Origin: Magnetococcales bacterium
GTDB taxonomy: Bacteria; Pseudomonadota; Magnetococcia; Magnetococcales; JADGBX01
DNA length: 64,000 bases
Reading direction: 5' to 3'
Assembly (NCBI GenBank): GCA_015231265.1
Contig: JADGBX010000002.1
Coordinates: 4,174 to 68,173 of the forward strand
Shown here: positions 8,225 to 18,390 of the stretch, piece by piece
Layout of the letters: each line of letters starts with the position of its first letter
How positions within the stretch are numbered: position 1 is the stretch's first letter
The notes under the pieces: generated by a model
Told to the model about the DNA's origin: nothing
Seen by the model: only the letters and a program-made list of their open reading frames with translations
Database searches by the model: none
Translations under genes and position numbers: made by a program

Positions 8225-10225
8225 CTATGTTGATGAATGACCGGTCAACTCCTCCGACACGACGTTGATCATCCTCTCAGCGACTTTGGGATAGGTAAAC
8301 TGGTCCAGTGATTTGCGATACGCCCTTTCAGCTATCCTCTCCCGCTGTTCGGGATTGTCCAGATAGTAGTGCACTTTTTCGACAAGATCCATACCGTCAC
8401 GGTAGAGAATTACCTCGGAATCCCGCTCAAAGAAATCGGTCAGGCTGGTCAGATCGAACGCATGCGGCAGATCCCGCGAGAGCATGAAGGTGCGACTGCC
8501 GATGATCTCCAATGAGCGCATGTGGAAGGTGGTCCCCGGCGCGTTGAGGGCGATCTTCGCTCGATTGGTGAGTCGATTGAGTTCATCACCAAACGCTATC
8601 TGACCTCTAATGGCACTATCGATACCTGAAATTTGTGACCAATTCTTACCGTAGACATGAAGATCCACACCGGCTTTGACCAGATGTTCCACTGGCCGTG
8701 CCTTGATACGCGTGATGATTTCCCAAATAACGCGCGAACAGTACCCATTAAACAGATCAAGATAGTCAGGGTCTGTCGGCAGATTCACCCTCTGAAGAAG
8801 ATCACGTCCCAGATCATCCAGGGCTCCCGTTTCGAATTGAATCCGAGTAAGATCGAAACTGCTGAACCCGTCCAAGGTCTCCATAAACACTTGATAGAGA
8901 CGGAGCAATTGACTCACAGTAACCCTATCGGCTTCGAGCAGGTGCTTCTCGGGAATATAGAGGCGCATCGTCTCTCCAGCACGTATGCAGTTGCAGTTCT
9001 CACCCGGATCACAAAGATGAGAGACCACTACCACATCCAGATCTTTTTCAACATCTGAACGCGGCTGGATTACGTGGTGGTTGAAACCGATTGGGAGAAA
9101 GTGGGCCTCTTTATTCGATTCCTGAAACATCGGTCCTGACAGGCTACCATCCTCCAACCAAGCCTTGGCAAAACTAAAAACGATATCCTCTTTCAGAAGA
9201 CGTTTATCATCTGCCTGGGTAAGATTCGGCAGAAGATCCTGAATCCAACTTACCACGGGCAATCCGGGGGGGAACACACCCTTCCACTCCCAGCGCATGT
9301 GATCAATGATGATAATGAGATCGGGCTTGAAGGACTTCAACTGTTTGAAAGCATTAAAGGCATTGAAACCGCGATCATTTTCAATCAACAATTCAGTCTC
9401 ATGTCCAAGATCACGAACACCCTGTAACAGATCCTGCATGCAGTATTTAATAAAGGAGGAGAAGACCGACACGATGCCAAGCACCCGCAAGGGCCTGTCG
9501 GCATTCATCAGGGATGATTGGGTTTGCCATACTTCATAGCTATTCTCAGCGTAGTAGTCGTGCAGTTCTGCTTGGAGCTGTCGGGCCTCTTGATCGATTT
9601 CAGAGCCGATCCGTTCAATGACACTGCGTGTATATGCGACTGCCGACTCACCCCCCTGTGTACTGAATATTTTTGTCGGTTTGCGTGTATTACCCCGTTT
9701 CAAATGCGCTCTCAACATCGCTTCCCACTCTGGTCCGACAGCGAAATTGACACGCTGGGAAAAGAGAATCTCCCTCAAATCGAACAGATGCATGAAGAGG
9801 ATAAAGTGGTCTACCCGTTCTTCAACAATATAGAGTGAAATAAAAGCTTCCGGAAACTCATAGAACGGTTCGTCAGTCTTCCTGGCAATCGCTAAGATAA
9901 CCTCACCATTCTCAACCCCGATAATCAGAGGAACGAGCTCCGTATTGATATTGACCGTTACCGATTGATCAGCAATTTCCAGCCAGGTTGATTGATCCCC
10001 TTCACGACTGATCGTATGACCGTCGTGAAAAGTGGCACTATAGCCCTTTGTTCCTTGTAACGATTCAATCGTCAGAGGAGTGGAATCATAGTGGTCATTC
10101 ACGCATTGGAACAGTTTGGCATCAGCAATTCTCAACAACTGCAGGTTCTTCTGGAACGTGACATGCATCTCCGGGGGAGCTGTCGTCGAGCCTGTCTGCT
10201 TGAGAGTTGCACCCTTAAGCTTCAT
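8225..10225 (-). CDS. CgeB-like glycosyltransferase-family protein (paralog of 19561-21555)
   Basis: 666 aa. The C-terminal block (FHMRSLEIIGSRTFMLS...ILYRDGMDLVEKVHYYLDNPEQRERIAERAYRKSLDQFTY) is typical of the CgeB/DUF3880-type family. It aligns full length with the 664-aa ORF at 19561. Confidence 0.6.
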   Translation of the reverse strand: MKLKGATLKQTGSTTAPPEMHVTFQKNLQLLRIADAKLFQCVNDHYDSTPLTIESLQGTKGYSATFHDGHTISREGDQSTWLEIADQSVTVNINTELVPLIIGVENGEVILAIARKTDEPFYEFPEAFISLYIVEERVDHFILFMHLFDLREILFSQRVNFAVGPEWEAMLRAHLKRGNTRKPTKIFSTQGGESAVAYTRSVIERIGSEIDQEARQLQAELHDYYAENSYEVWQTQSSLMNADRPLRVLGIVSVFSSFIKYCMQDLLQGVRDLGHETELLIENDRGFNAFNAFKQLKSFKPDLIIIIDHMRWEWKGVFPPGLPVVSWIQDLLPNLTQADDKRLLKEDIVFSFAKAWLEDGSLSGPMFQESNKEAHFLPIGFNHHVIQPRSDVEKDLDVVVVSHLCDPGENCNCIRAGETMRLYIPEKHLLEADRVTVSQLLRLYQVFMETLDGFSSFDLTRIQFETGALDDLGRDLLQRVNLPTDPDYLDLFNGYCSRVIWEIITRIKARPVEHLVKAGVDLHVYGKNWSQISGIDSAIRGQIAFGDELNRLTNRAKIALNAPGTTFHMRSLEIIGSRTFMLSRDLPHAFDLTSLTDFFERDSEVILYRDGMDLVEKVHYYLDNPEQRERIAERAYRKSLDQFTYPKVAERMINVVSEELTGHSST

Positions 10226-10393
10226 GATGGTATTCCAAAGTCCGAGGCAGTGTGTGCAGATATCGTTACGGCGGTTTAAACACGCGTTACACGGTATTGA
10301 TTAAGTCTTCCAACAAGCACATGCAATTGACATGCCTGCATCTATTCAAAGGTGGATATCAACAGTGTTATTCAATATCGGTCGGAATGCCAC

Positions 10394-12538
10394 ATGAATC
10401 GTGCTGAATTCAACCAATGCATCCAAGGAGCCTACCAGAACAGTGATGAACTCTATGAACTTGTTCAACGCCATCTACTCCCTCTGAAACCCAAAACCAT
10501 CATTGAGATTGGTGTCCGACTGGGCGGCTCGACCCGACTTTTTCTCGATCTGGTCGGCCCAGACGGCACGGTGATCGGTCTCGACCTGGAGTGGGAACCC
10601 ATTGCGACCGATGTTCTCAACGACAAACGGTTCAAACTGGTGCTCGGCGACTCGGGCAGTGAGGAGATCCGCGACCGTGTTGCCGAACTCTCCGGCCCGT
10701 GCGACCTGCTGTTGATCGATGGCGATCACTCTCAGGAGGGAGTGCTGCGCGATACGGAACTCTATCTCCCTCTTGTCAGACCGGGAGGATTGGTGCTGTG
10801 GCATGATATCCGCCTCGAGCATCCGGAAGGGGTGCGTGAAAGCTGGTATTCAACACTGCGCCCCAACCTGCTCGCGGCACAGTCGCTCTTTCTCGACCCG
10901 TTCAATACCGGGTTCGGCCTCTGGTACAAGACGGACCGACAAAGAAAAGATCTACTGACCGATGCCTGGAAAGCGATCGCAACACAGCGATTCGTCGACG
11001 CCAAACAACTTCTTCGAGAACTCCTGAGCCACGACCCGTGCGATGGTGATGCGCTTCTGGCCATGGCCGAGCTTCTATACAAGACCGGAAACGGTGAACC
11101 GGCAACGCTCTTCTGGCTCAAAGCGATTGCCTGTGATGAAGAGCCGGACTCCCTCAGCCCGGACCACCTTCCCCTGGGGCGTGTTTTGGAACCCGCCCTT
11201 TCCGACCAAATGCGACAGGTCTACACGCTACTCACGCAAGAGTCCCTCAGTGCAGAAGAGTGGTTGCATCAGGTTTTGTGGATGTTGGAACACGGTTTGG
11301 GCCGACAAGCTGCCAACGGTCTGGAGAAGGTTCCCGATACCCAGCGCTCGTCAGCTCTCTATCTTGAGGCGTGTTGGCGAAGCCTGACATCACGTGACGA
11401 GGTGCCACAACATGTCATCGTCGATACTGCTTTGGACTTATTGGAGGCGTTGATCTCCTCGGGCAAGAGTTCAGAGAAACTGATTGACCATCTTCTCACC
11501 GAAGAACTGCCGCAACGCCTCTTCGGTCTGATCCGTCTACACCGAGCAGGTGATGCTCTTGAACGGATAGAACGGACACTGGATCTTGCGCCCACCTTTT
11601 CAATGCACGCACAGGAGCTTCTGGCAGAAGGGTTTGCCGTTCAGGGGCGTTATTGTCAGTTTGAAGACGCCTTCATCAACTGGGTTCGCCCATTTACGGG
11701 GCTCTTTCTACGGGCATGGGAAGCGGGGCCAAACACACCGGACACCGCTCACCGCATCATTCGTTCCCTCGTCAATGCTCGGCTCACCGAAGAAGTCGAA
11801 CACTTTCTTGCAGAATTGAAACAGCCGACTCCCCCCTACCCACCCCTTGTGGTTGATGAACTTCTCAATCGATTCGTCCGGGGGGCACCACATATCTCGA
11901 ACAACGAGGTGGAGAGTCTGGAGTATCGCTATCTTCTCTCCAAGATTGTCCAGGAATCGGCACAATCCTCACCCCTCACCGAACACCTGGCCAGAGCGAC
12001 GGAGTCCTCCTCTCACCGTGATCCGTGTTCCGACCCGGCAGTCACCAGCGACGCATTAACACGTTTTGGATCTGTTGTTATTGCCACCACCGGCACTGGA
12101 GACAAGATTCTGGAGAACCCCGATGCCATCCCCTCCTATCTTGAAGAGAATTGGCAACAGATACATCTGAACCAGTGTGCCGAATTGATCCTGGGAGAAG
12201 CGATTCGCATCATACAGTGGCCGAATAGTGAAGAACTGCGTCACCGCTGGCACCAATCGGTCCGCGTGATCAATGATACTCGGAGATACGTGCGTGGCAT
12301 CGTCGCCATCAGAAAGACGACGATTCGAATCCTTGCCATCGGTTGCAGTACACTGTGGCCAACCAATACAAGCGAAGAGGGACTGCAACCGCAGCTCTCA
12401 CCTGATGCTGAAGCGGTGAGCATCACCCTGAAGCCGGGCGAAGTGCTCCTCTGTGATAAATTTACGCCCCTTCAGTTGAACGCACCTGAGGATTCATACT
12501 GCGATCTCAGATTTCAGAGCACGACACTCTGGGATTGA
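10394..12538 (+). CDS. multidomain protein: class I SAM-dependent methyltransferase (CmcI/Methyltransf_24-like) + TPR-like region + C-terminal domain related to the neighbouring dioxygenase tail
   Basis: The ORF opens at GTG 10352, and I prefer the ATG at 10394. It has IIEIGVRLGGST and LLIDGDHSQEGV...GGLVLWHDI motifs and ends ...YCDLRFQSTTLWD. Confidence 0.6.
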   Translation: MNRAEFNQCIQGAYQNSDELYELVQRHLLPLKPKTIIEIGVRLGGSTRLFLDLVGPDGTVIGLDLEWEPIATDVLNDKRFKLVLGDSGSEEIRDRVAELSGPCDLLLIDGDHSQEGVLRDTELYLPLVRPGGLVLWHDIRLEHPEGVRESWYSTLRPNLLAAQSLFLDPFNTGFGLWYKTDRQRKDLLTDAWKAIATQRFVDAKQLLRELLSHDPCDGDALLAMAELLYKTGNGEPATLFWLKAIACDEEPDSLSPDHLPLGRVLEPALSDQMRQVYTLLTQESLSAEEWLHQVLWMLEHGLGRQAANGLEKVPDTQRSSALYLEACWRSLTSRDEVPQHVIVDTALDLLEALISSGKSSEKLIDHLLTEELPQRLFGLIRLHRAGDALERIERTLDLAPTFSMHAQELLAEGFAVQGRYCQFEDAFINWVRPFTGLFLRAWEAGPNTPDTAHRIIRSLVNARLTEEVEHFLAELKQPTPPYPPLVVDELLNRFVRGAPHISNNEVESLEYRYLLSKIVQESAQSSPLTEHLARATESSSHRDPCSDPAVTSDALTRFGSVVIATTGTGDKILENPDAIPSYLEENWQQIHLNQCAELILGEAIRIIQWPNSEELRHRWHQSVRVINDTRRYVRGIVAIRKTTIRILAIGCSTLWPTNTSEEGLQPQLSPDAEAVSITLKPGEVLLCDKFTPLQLNAPEDSYCDLRFQSTTLWD

Positions 12539-13989
12539 TCTCCATATCCAAAGGCCGATGGACCGGATTGAAACCGCAGATCACAACTGATTCGAGGATA
12601 TTCAGTTCGGGAAAGCGTTTCCGTCTTATGAAACAGCATGGGGTCGAACACCAGCAGGTCACCCGGTTCAAAGTGTGGAACAAACCGGTGTGCGTGCAGA
12701 TGCTCCAGAATAAAACCATCGGGGAGACCATTGAGCGCTGCTGGGAACTCACTCTTCAGATGAACAGGGTGTTGGAAACGTTCCAGATAGAGCTCCACCC
12801 CGGGAGCTAATCCGTTGCCACACGGTGTCAATGGAATCCAACAGGTGAGAAACGTCGACTGCTTGCCGTGAACCGGATGGTCCTGGTGGATCGGTTCCGG
12901 GCGTTGATCCGTCTCATCACGCAGTTGAATGTGGTTGGCCTGATGGGGAATCACCGACCACCCTGGATGACGCTGTTCCGAGTAGAGAGTGATGAGACGT
13001 GGCAGCAGCGATCCGTCGATCAGGTGGGAGAGATCAACAGTAATCGATGAAGCGTCATCACGAGGCTCCACCTTTTCCAGACGCCACGCCTCACCCTCGT
13101 TATGGCGGCGATGGTGAAGAAGCGTATCACGGTGTTTCTGATGAAACCTGTCAACGGGCTGACGTGGAAAGAAACCTCGAATTAGAACGGCCCCGTATGT
13201 GTGAAGAGTCTGGATACACTCTTCAATCCCCTCTGGAGAAGAGAGCGCATGCACCAAACAGCTTGGCTCAATAGGGGTAGAACGGCTACGGATCACCACT
13301 TCACGCTCAGAAATTGCCAGCGCTCTCCAGATATCGGGCCAGCGCAACAGGCAGTGGGCAACCGCATGATCCGCGGTGTGGGCAAGAATCTCCATCAGTG
13401 AGTCTGCCGCACCTCGTGCATCACCGGAGGCCATCGACAGATGCGCCAACCCCAAAAGGGCCTCCTGACGATAACGCCTCTGATGCTCCTGTGGGAAATG
13501 ACCGACTCTTCCCCACCGATTCAACGTTTTGATGACGTTTCGAAACGCCCCTTCCGCCTCCGTTCTCCACTCTCCCGTCTCAATCGGTTGCAGGGCATTC
13601 AGCCAGTAGTGACCGATATTCATCCAGGCAGCCACATGCGCAGGGTTCCGTTTGGTCACCACTCGAAACAGCTCCAGTGAAGGACGCCAGTAGTGGTCAT
13701 TCCGTGCCAAGCCCCGAAACTGCATGGCACAGGCGGCTCTGTTGAAAAGATCTTCTGGTGATGAGTCCGGGTGTTCAGTCAAAACCCGATAGCAATGACC
13801 GGCCTGTGTTAGCGCGTGGCGCTGCAACAACGTCTCACAGATATCACGCAGCCTCTCCAAGGGGGATGCGTGACCAGCAGAGGCCCAAGCACTCAGATGT
13901 CCGCGACACCACGCCTCATCCTCAAGATCATGGATGTGGTCGTCGATCCAGTGTTCACACGCCTCACTATCGCTCACATTAATCACCAT
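12514..13989 (-). CDS. TPR-like N-terminal domain + PhyH-type Fe(II)/2-oxoglutarate dioxygenase
   Basis: 491 aa with an HxD motif (PIHQDHP), a distal His (PMLFHKT) and an Arg (CDLRFQ) in the order expected for the PhyH facial triad and 2OG-binding Arg. It overlaps the convergent gene by 25 nt. Confidence 0.55.
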   Translation of the reverse strand: MVINVSDSEACEHWIDDHIHDLEDEAWCRGHLSAWASAGHASPLERLRDICETLLQRHALTQAGHCYRVLTEHPDSSPEDLFNRAACAMQFRGLARNDHYWRPSLELFRVVTKRNPAHVAAWMNIGHYWLNALQPIETGEWRTEAEGAFRNVIKTLNRWGRVGHFPQEHQRRYRQEALLGLAHLSMASGDARGAADSLMEILAHTADHAVAHCLLRWPDIWRALAISEREVVIRSRSTPIEPSCLVHALSSPEGIEECIQTLHTYGAVLIRGFFPRQPVDRFHQKHRDTLLHHRRHNEGEAWRLEKVEPRDDASSITVDLSHLIDGSLLPRLITLYSEQRHPGWSVIPHQANHIQLRDETDQRPEPIHQDHPVHGKQSTFLTCWIPLTPCGNGLAPGVELYLERFQHPVHLKSEFPAALNGLPDGFILEHLHAHRFVPHFEPGDLLVFDPMLFHKTETLSRTEYPRISCDLRFQSGPSAFGYGDQSQSVVL

Positions 13990-14172
13990 CCTGCTTAAGC
14001 CTTCCCTTGCGACTCATTGATTCACCCTGTCTCGGGACCGGAGCGGTCACTATTCTCAGATGAGCACACCATGGTAGAGTGAAGGCTTTATGATGATGCC
14101 CCACTGTACCATGAACGATTCATTCACGTGTCGGACGTATCGATCGTTGGAACCAGGATAGGAAGAGGGACC

Positions 14173-15006
14173 ATGAACAGTCAATTCGGCACCGATCCCA
14201 TGGAGCGTGCCAGTCATGTCTTTTATGTAAGTTCACACGGCACTTCCGGTGATCACTGGTTCGATTGGTTTGCCAAAGGACTCAACGCCCATCCGGAAAT
14301 CATGATCTACATGGGAGATACCGTACGCTCGAAGTATCTCAAGGAGAGGACACGAAAAGAGCGTCCTGACCTGATGCAGTTCACGCAGTTTCTGATCGAT
14401 CTGGGCGAAGCCTATACGGCGATCGGCGAGTGTTATGCCTATCGCTCCTATCAACTGGAACAGTTACAGAGCAGCTTCGGAGAACGGATTCGGTTCGTCA
14501 ACATCATCCGCCACCCCTATTGCTGGCTGGAATCCTATGTCTATTGGCGAACGATCAATATGAATATGCCAATGGGCAACACCGACGGTATCGATCACGA
14601 GTGGAGCGTCACCTGCCACGATACATTCAAGACGCTGGGTCTCACACCCTACTCCCGTTCCGATATTGAGATCTGGGCCTCCTATCAGGGCATGGATATC
14701 CTGAATCGCATGATTACCGACGCCAACGAAGGGGTGGTGAACTACCGTATTGAAGATATTGTTCAGAACCGTGCTGTTTTCAATGAAATCGCCCACTATC
14801 TCAGCCATGGCCGTCTGCATTTTGACGACGCCCTTCTCGACCGTATCTACCGAGATGTCAACACACCATGGCGCAAGACGGGACGGGTGGTGGATCGTCC
14901 GGAAGTACTCTATGCAGCGTGGCCGGACTGGAAGAAAGAGGCCTTCAATGCCCTTCTCAGCGATGAGGTAATCTCCATGTTCGAAGGGTTCGGTTATCGG
15001 TTTTAA
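14173..15006 (+). CDS. hypothetical protein (possible sulfotransferase-fold enzyme)
   Basis: The ORF opens at GTG 14128. The ATG at 14173 is preceded by GGAAGAGGG. The only hint to function is a P-loop-like SSHGTSGDHW near the N-terminus, so the call is weak. Confidence 0.45.
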   Translation: MNSQFGTDPMERASHVFYVSSHGTSGDHWFDWFAKGLNAHPEIMIYMGDTVRSKYLKERTRKERPDLMQFTQFLIDLGEAYTAIGECYAYRSYQLEQLQSSFGERIRFVNIIRHPYCWLESYVYWRTINMNMPMGNTDGIDHEWSVTCHDTFKTLGLTPYSRSDIEIWASYQGMDILNRMITDANEGVVNYRIEDIVQNRAVFNEIAHYLSHGRLHFDDALLDRIYRDVNTPWRKTGRVVDRPEVLYAAWPDWKKEAFNALLSDEVISMFEGFGYRF

Positions 15007-15068
15007 TGCGCCGGATCTCCCATATTCTCAACTGAACGCTGCCAAGAGCCATTCGACGGAATAGACAG

Positions 15069-15848
15069 ATGCACTCCAACAACACTCCCATGATTCACAA
15101 TGGCATTCTGCTGACCGACGGCACGGAAGTACCGAAAGGGTGTGCCCGACATCTGGCGGAACATGGAGTGACCATTCATGCTCTGGTCGTAGGGCCCGAT
15201 GTCCCGATGAAAGATGCGACGGAGATTGCCTCGACCTTTCAGAATGTCCCGCCCATTGTGGTGACGAAAAGACCCGACCTTGAACCGCTGATTCTCGATC
15301 TTCTTCAGCAGAACAAGATCGAGATGCTCTTCTCCTGCTACTACGAATACCGCATCCGTCAAAGCCTGATAGATGGGGCAACATATGGGGGCATCAATAT
15401 TCACCCCAGTGTGCTTCCGTACAATCGAGGATTTCACTCCTCCTTTTGGGGCATTCTCGATGAGACTCCTCTTGGAGCCACTCTGCATTGGCTGGACGAG
15501 CAACTCGATACCGGAGATATCATTGATCAAGCGCTGTTGACCGATGATGGGGTCATCCCGGCCAGCGAAGTGCGGGCGTGGTCACGGAATCAGTGCGTCG
15601 AACTGTTTGGTCGCAATCTTCCCCGTGTCTTGATCGGCAAAGCCCCGCGTATCAAACAGCACGGTCCGGGCAGCTACCATTTCAAGAAAGATCTTCAGCC
15701 CGTCGTGCACTTTGATGCGTCCGACACCATTTCCTTGGAGAGGTTGATGAAACTTGGTCGAGCCACGAGCTTCCAGGAAAACGGCGTTTACGTTGTCAGC
15801 GGTGAGCGGAAATTCAAGGTGAGAATTCTCGTTTCGGAGGAAGAGTAG
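15069..15848 (+). CDS. formyltransferase (Fmt/PurN-like N-terminal fold)
   Basis: 259 aa with the INIHPSVLPYNRG motif followed by LDTGDIIDQ. Confidence 0.75.
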   Translation: MHSNNTPMIHNGILLTDGTEVPKGCARHLAEHGVTIHALVVGPDVPMKDATEIASTFQNVPPIVVTKRPDLEPLILDLLQQNKIEMLFSCYYEYRIRQSLIDGATYGGINIHPSVLPYNRGFHSSFWGILDETPLGATLHWLDEQLDTGDIIDQALLTDDGVIPASEVRAWSRNQCVELFGRNLPRVLIGKAPRIKQHGPGSYHFKKDLQPVVHFDASDTISLERLMKLGRATSFQENGVYVVSGERKFKVRILVSEEE

Positions 15849-15859
15849 TCCTTCACGAG

Positions 15860-17059
15860 ATGAAAGGTGTAACAATGAGCGTTTCTCAATACGAGTATTA
15901 CCAGAAACTCAATTTTCATCCCGACAGCATGGCCGATCATCACGGTGAGGAATTTTCAAACTACCTCCGGATCCGCAAACATCTCTATCAGGATCTGCTG
16001 AACATCCCACTGGGGCTGTTGGCAGAAAAAAAGGTCCTGGATATCGGCTGTGGTGCCGGTGAAAGCTCTCTGTTCCTGGCCATGCATGGGGCGCAGTTGT
16101 CTCTGGTGGATGCCGATGAGAGCACCAATGCCCCTCTGGAAGCCCTGTTCCGCTCCTTCAATTTGACGGACAGCATCACTAAAAAGAGCTTTGTTCCTAT
16201 GGAGATCTACGAAGATGATCTCCGTTACGCTTTTATCACCGCGGAGGGCTTTCTATTTACCCTGACCAACCGAGATGAGCTGCTGCGAAAAATCTGCACT
16301 CTGTTACAACCTGGCGGCATTGCCTGCATATCATTCCCCGAGCGCATCGGTTCGTTTCTGGAGTTTCTCAAGAAAGCGATATTGTGGCGTGCCTATCAGC
16401 TGGCCGGTGTGGATGATCTCACCTCACCTGAGGCTGAAAAGATCGCCTGGAGGCTGTTTGAGCCCGCCTATCGTCGCTTGAATAATCCGAGACCCTTCAC
16501 CATTTGGTGGAAGGATTGCCTGATCAGCCCCTTCTTGACGTGGCAGCACTGCTGGGACTATCAAACGATCCTCTCCGTGATCGAACAGGAAGGGTGTGCG
16601 TTCTACTCATCCATTCCACGCATTTACGAACCGGATCATTTAAGTTGGTACAAACGTCTGGATAGCGATGAGACCACACAAGAGGCACGGTTGGCTGGAT
16701 TGGCCCGCAGGCGGTTGGATTTTCTTTATGGTGAACCGATCGACGTCGATACGACCATTTCCAGGATTGAAACCATCAACCAGGGTTTGGAAACGGTACT
16801 ACACCATCTCTCCCGCTATTTCCGTTCTTTGCAGGAGGATGTCCCGACTATCGCGTTCAAACCGATTGCTGAAATGATTAAGGAGGCAGGCGTCAACAGT
16901 GACTTGACCGACGAGATGGTCTCTTTCTTCGACGCACTTAAGTACAACAATCTTGACCAATTGATGGATCACTATCGTGCATGCAAGGAACTGAACACTC
17001 GATGGGGCTGCTCCCTGCACCACATCTGCTTCACTAAAGAGACAAGCGTGATTTCATAG
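15860..17059 (+). CDS. class I SAM-dependent methyltransferase
   Basis: 399 aa with motif I VLDIGCGAGESSLFLAMHGAQLSLVDAD. Confidence 0.75.
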   Translation: MKGVTMSVSQYEYYQKLNFHPDSMADHHGEEFSNYLRIRKHLYQDLLNIPLGLLAEKKVLDIGCGAGESSLFLAMHGAQLSLVDADESTNAPLEALFRSFNLTDSITKKSFVPMEIYEDDLRYAFITAEGFLFTLTNRDELLRKICTLLQPGGIACISFPERIGSFLEFLKKAILWRAYQLAGVDDLTSPEAEKIAWRLFEPAYRRLNNPRPFTIWWKDCLISPFLTWQHCWDYQTILSVIEQEGCAFYSSIPRIYEPDHLSWYKRLDSDETTQEARLAGLARRRLDFLYGEPIDVDTTISRIETINQGLETVLHHLSRYFRSLQEDVPTIAFKPIAEMIKEAGVNSDLTDEMVSFFDALKYNNLDQLMDHYRACKELNTRWGCSLHHICFTKETSVIS

Positions 17060-18193
17060 TTTGTTTATATCATTCATGATTTGGATCGCCCGATGTCGCC
17101 ATGTGTGGTTGGCGCGTATCTCCTCCATCGCATTCCGGCGTATCTCTGCGCAGTGATCGGGTCGATTTACGTAGGAACGAAACACCTCCGGAAACTCTTC
17201 CAGATGAAAACGGATGTAGTGACGATCATGTTCAAAATGGTCCTCCAGACCGCCGAAGAGTTCATTCTCCGGAATATCCCGATACATGATCAAGCCGCCG
17301 GATGACATGCAATCCATGGTACGGAAATGCATGCCAACCCCTTCATGCACATTGAAGCGGGAGGATTGATACACCCTTCTAATCTCTTCCGGGTCGGTGA
17401 GAAATTTCTCGTAATAGGCGCGATACTCCGGCCATTTAGCCCAATTCTCCGGCCCGTAGAGACGGATGGAGTCCGTCTCCTTCACAATCGTGTCCATGGT
17501 CTTCTGACGATTGCGAAAACGCACCACTCGACACCCGATATCGTAAAGAAGTGCGTCATCGTCGATCTTCAAGGAGGTTCCGGTCAGTTCTCGATAGATT
17601 CTATCCGCTTTGGTGAAGTAGTCGTCGTGTTTGAAAGACTCTTTCGAATAGTTATCCAGCTCTTTTCGATAGTGAGGCAGGAACTCGCCGAAGGTGTACA
17701 AGGCGTGACCGGCTTGATTCATGGGACGGCTCAACTCCGCCTCACTCCACGGCGCCGATATGTGACCGACAAAAGAGAGGGTGGACTCAAAGCGTCGTGA
17801 TCCTGATCGATAGGTCTCCGTACAGGCTCCGGGGCTGAGGAGACCAGAGGCCGTATCGTAGGGGAAATCCGTTACCCACGTTCCACAGAAGAAGTAGGTG
17901 ATGTCACTCCCTTTGAAATGGTCCATACTGCGACCATTGAAGTCGACGATCCAGGCAACATGCAGAATCTCTTTCTTGAGAAAGGGGATCTCGGACCGAG
18001 GCCGATTCATCTCAATGATCAGGTCCGGCTCATAGTTCCTCACCCACTTAGTCAGAGCCTCTTCGTCCAAGAGGGCAACATCACCATTGGTCTGAATTCC
18101 GAGTTGCTCGAAGCCTCGAATCATCTGCTTGAGTAACGCTTTGTAGAATGGTGTCGGGCTGGGCAAGAATATCGAAACACGTTGAATAGTCAT
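17054..18193 (-). CDS. CgeB-like glycosyltransferase-family protein (short form)
   Basis: The ORF runs to 18253. The ATG at 18193 gives MTIQRVSIFLPS. It aligns with the C-terminal two-thirds of the 665-aa paralogs (YEPDLIIEMN..., HFRTMDCMSSGGLIMYRD...). Confidence 0.55.
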   Translation of the reverse strand: MTIQRVSIFLPSPTPFYKALLKQMIRGFEQLGIQTNGDVALLDEEALTKWVRNYEPDLIIEMNRPRSEIPFLKKEILHVAWIVDFNGRSMDHFKGSDITYFFCGTWVTDFPYDTASGLLSPGACTETYRSGSRRFESTLSFVGHISAPWSEAELSRPMNQAGHALYTFGEFLPHYRKELDNYSKESFKHDDYFTKADRIYRELTGTSLKIDDDALLYDIGCRVVRFRNRQKTMDTIVKETDSIRLYGPENWAKWPEYRAYYEKFLTDPEEIRRVYQSSRFNVHEGVGMHFRTMDCMSSGGLIMYRDIPENELFGGLEDHFEHDRHYIRFHLEEFPEVFRSYVNRPDHCAEIRRNAMEEIRANHTWRHRAIQIMNDINKL

Positions 18194-18390
18194 AGACTCA
18201 AGGAAAAGAATGAACGTGGAGTAGTGCTGAAACCTACTGAGGCTACCGCACAATGCGGAAGACTACAATCACCGATGGCAGCAGACAGAGGAGGTGTGCT
18301 TGCACACGCTTCTTCTCTTCTGATACGCTACTTTCTGAATCTGGAGAAAAGCAACACTCTTGACCAGGGTATCTCACCTGTCGTGTACCG

